DNA of 64,000 nucleotides from Cirrosporium novae-zelandiae (Eukaryota): NCBI GenBank assembly GCA_026023565.1, contig JAPETS010000005.1, positions 62,001 to 126,000 of the forward strand, read 5' to 3'. Shown piece by piece: positions 60,802 to 64,000 of this stretch (position 1 is its first letter; each line of letters starts with the position of its first letter). The notes under the pieces were generated by a model. It saw only the letters and a program-made list of their open reading frames with translations, ran no database searches and was not told where the DNA came from. The position numbers and the translations under genes were made by a program.

Positions 60802-61609
60802 TCATGTTGATGCTTGCTGGGTATCATCAGCCCCACTCCGCTTCGGTTCTCTTACCATGCAATACAGCTGACATCCTACTCCATCCCTCTCATCCACACA
60901 TTTCATTTCCCGAACCTTCTTAAACCCCAAGCGCTCATATATTGCGGTATTCGGTATATCCCTCGAACTTTCTAGATAACACTTCCTCCCCTCTTTATCT
61001 GCCTGCTTCGTCACCTGCTCAAATAACTTTTTCCCCACCCCTTTCCCTTGCTCCCCTGGCTGTACAACCACAATATTACAAAACCAGTATCCATTCGGAT
61101 CAGTCCAGATATCCCGCTGGCATTCAGACTGACACGATTTCCAGATCCAGTAGCGGTGAACATCAAGCCCGCCGTGGCCGAAACGGAGATTCGTGAGTCC
61201 TTGGTTGACCCAGAGAGACCAACCAGAGAGGTAGGATGACCAAGTTTGTGGGGTAGAGGCAGGGGTAGGAGGGAGCCACATGGCTACGCCAAGGAGCCCT
61301 TTGGTTTCGGGGTCCCGAGCGACATGGAAGACAGCATTTCGGATGCCCCATTCGCAGCGGAGTTTGAGGGAGTGGGCATTACGAGCAATGGAAAACTGGA
61401 TAGAAGGGTTAGCAGTCAGTTGATGGAGAAGAAAAAGGAGAAAATAGAAAGCTAGAAAAAAGCTCAAGAAACAAAGGTTAGGAGGCACATGCTTTCGAGC
61501 GATCAGGATAAATCCACTTGCTATATGGATCATCGGTAAAGGCATCTTGAATACATTTCGCTGCAGCGGGTATATCCTCATAAGTCATCAGATCTATTTC
61601 GACAGCCAT
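60802..61609 (-). CDS. GNAT family N-acetyltransferase; exon 1 61609-61493, GC-AG intron 61492-61396
   Basis: MAVEIDLMTYEDIPAAAKCIQDAFTDDPYSKWIYPDRSK|FSIARN...; acetyl-CoA motif QGKGVGKKL; CYLESS, NTAIYERLGF. Confidence 0.9.
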
Positions 61610-61863
61610 TTTGAAATAAAGTATTATAAAAGAATTTCCAATTGAAATAATGTGCTGAGAATAAAATTGTTGAGAGTTTCGATGGATATTTACAACCTAT
61701 GAGGAATTTATATGCCCCGCACTCAAGATAAGATGGATAAGCGCGGATAACGATAACGTGAAATTTCATCCGATTACTTGATCTGATTGGCTAGGGGTGG
61801 ACTTACACTATTTCGCTTAATAGGAGACAAACTATAACTGTCGATAATTAGTCTGACTACTTT

Positions 61864-63871
61864 CTAAATCAAGAATCTAAATCCTTTGCTTGAACCTTGT
61901 CCCGAAACTGCACCAACATCCGTCATACCCTCTACAGTCTTCCCATGATCAAGCTTCTTATTCAACCTCACAAGTACAACCCGCAACACGGTTGCGGCAA
62001 CTATAGCGACCGCCGCCGTGGCGCAGTTGATGCTCATCGCTACAACTATATCATTCAGTTAGGCAAAGCCTATCAGGATAAATGGGACATAAGATGACCT
62101 ACCATATCTCGGTGCTTGAGATGATGGATACATGAAACTCCCAAAGATGTTAGCACAGTTTCCAACTGCATTGATAGCTGCGAGCGCCGCCGCTCTCTTT
62201 TCTACTGGCCTGGGCATCGAGTTAGAAATCCAGGCCAGCACAACCGAGTATGAGGAATAGACTCCAGGAATCATAAGCATCATTGACAAATATCGTGGGG
62301 CTACTGCGGTCGTGGTGGCAGCGATGACGTTTGCGATGATAGCAACATATATAGGGATAGTGACGTGAAAGTAGCGTTCGCCTGTTCGGTCGGCGGACCA
62401 GGCTGTGAGTCCTGCAGTTATGACACAAAGGAGCTTTCAAAGAAACGAAAGTTAGTAATTTTGAGAAAACAGAGGGTAACTGAATAAGGGAAGGGGAGAC
62501 TAGGACCTACATATGGTGGTGCAGTTAGCAGGAGAGACTGGATGCTGCCATATCCGAGGGTTTCAACAACACTTGGGAAAAAATTGATGACAGAAGCGGA
62601 CGAAGCGATGCAGAAAAGCATAATCATCTAAAAGCCTGTCAGCTCGATTCAATGGCAGGCTAATTGTCCGAATCATACAAGAATCCAGGTCTTAATATCG
62701 GTGATGGCAAGCCTGATCCCATAGGTGAATGTCTGTTGTTCACTGCTCGTCCAATCATCTTCGCCTATATCCTCTTCCAATCGCCACACAGCCAGTTGTC
62801 GTTCGGTTTCCGAGAGCCAGAAGGTCGTTCTCGGGAAGTTTGGAAGGATGAAGTATCCACAGAATGCCACGACGACAGTTATAATCCCTTCAATAATGAA
62901 AAGCCATCTCCTAGGTAGATATCAGCTAACTCTTGATACCAGGATCTTTCACCAAGGAAACCGCCCACGGTCTTATTTGTTCTTCTAATATAATTTAATA
63001 GACCACTCACCACGATGCTAAACCCGCCTTGTCATCCATGCCGTTTGTTATCCCAGCTGCTATTAGACCAGAGAATGCACCAGAGAGAAGAGAACCCATG
63101 AACAAAATGGCTGTCCGAAGACCAAGCTCCTTGCGTGTATACCACGAGGATAGATAAAATAGGCATCCCGGCTAATGAAGGGTTAGGAAGCGTTTCATGT
63201 TGAAGAGTGGTGACTAACAAAGTATGCAGCCTCGACAAACCCTAGAATAAAGCGGCACGCAATAAGGCCTCCAAAGTTATGAACTGCACCTGTGGCCCCA
63301 GAAATAACTCCCCATATGATCATTGCCGATGGGAGGTATAATCCTGGCTTTCCGATTTTATTGAGGAACAAATTAGAAGGAACTTGATCCCTTGTAAGCA
63401 TTTACCAACATTGAAATTAGAGAATTACTAGCTTTAGATTACTCACTCTGCATCAACACATAACCGACAAAAAGGATACTGACACAAGTCTTGGGTGATG
63501 AGGTAAGTATGTATGCCTCTCATAGCGAGATGTAAAAGGTGTAAAATTACCTGATACTCTGTGCCTTTCAATCTCAGGTCATCCTCCAGCCCAGCCAATC
63601 TAGCTGCGGCAATGTTGTTGCGGTCCAAATAGTTCAAGATATACATCAAAATAATCATAGGAAGGATTCTCAGATCAATTTTCCATAGTAACTTTCGCTC
63701 GAGCCGATTGCGCTCGTCAACAGATAGCTCCTGGACCAGAGGAGGCATTTCTACCCCTCTCCGCTCTGGGATCTGTTCAGTATGTAGGACACTGGATTTG
63801 ACATCATGAAATTTGAGGTCCTCAACGCCAGGAACGTCCTCTAGGTCTTGTTTGTTCTCTTGGAGTCCCAT
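61864..63871 (-). CDS. MFS transporter, anion:cation symporter (Tna1/Dal5) family; about 9 exons
   Basis: KIDLRILPMIILMYILNYLDRNNIAAARL, CRFILGFVEAAYF, LPNFPRTTFWLSETER, LLTAPPY, C-terminal GFRFLI. Confidence 0.92.
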
Positions 63872-64000
63872 ATTGAGGTGTCTCTTGACACTTCAGGGTC
63901 AAAATGTCATGGAGCTCAAACACGGGGGACCCAGGGACATCAAATAGTGTCGAGATCTGCCAAGATTGTGGGGGTCATGCCAATATAATTATCTATAGGC

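Noticed and set aside
1..64000. tRNA, rRNA, CRISPR arrays and the many antisense or overlapping ORFs in the track
   Set aside because: No RNA-gene or repeat-spacer structure recognised by eye (small ncRNAs cannot be excluded without covariance-model searches); overlapping ORFs are shadows of the real genes

Overview
This is eukaryotic DNA from a filamentous ascomycete (Pezizomycotina): short introns with CTRAC branch points, Zn2Cys6 regulators, and HET and PTH11-like genes. About 25 intact protein-coding genes could be reconstructed by hand. The left half (1-32.5 kb) is mostly housekeeping: DDHD phospholipase, fimbrin, RPA1, ISU1, sterol O-acyltransferase, two dienelactone hydrolases, a quinone oxidoreductase, DBP3 and RFT1. 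The right half is accessory: a compact six-gene putative catabolic cluster (Dal5-type MFS, two divergent Zn2Cys6 factors, SDR, CYP504-like P450, amidohydrolase), a HET-domain gene with a MITE-like element upstream, an atypical adenine deaminase, a PTH11-like gene, a decayed dioxygenase pseudogene, ADH, GNAT and a second MFS. Three observations stand out. (1) ISU1 has an apparently obligatory U2-like AT-AC intron, and its promoter has an exact ATCWGATAA box. (2) A HeLo/SesA-like N-terminal domain is fused to a catalytically degenerate Hsp70 fold and is interrupted by one frameshift in a TA run. (3) The six-gene cluster may degrade an aromatic amide. All family calls come from motif recognition by eye; no searches were run.
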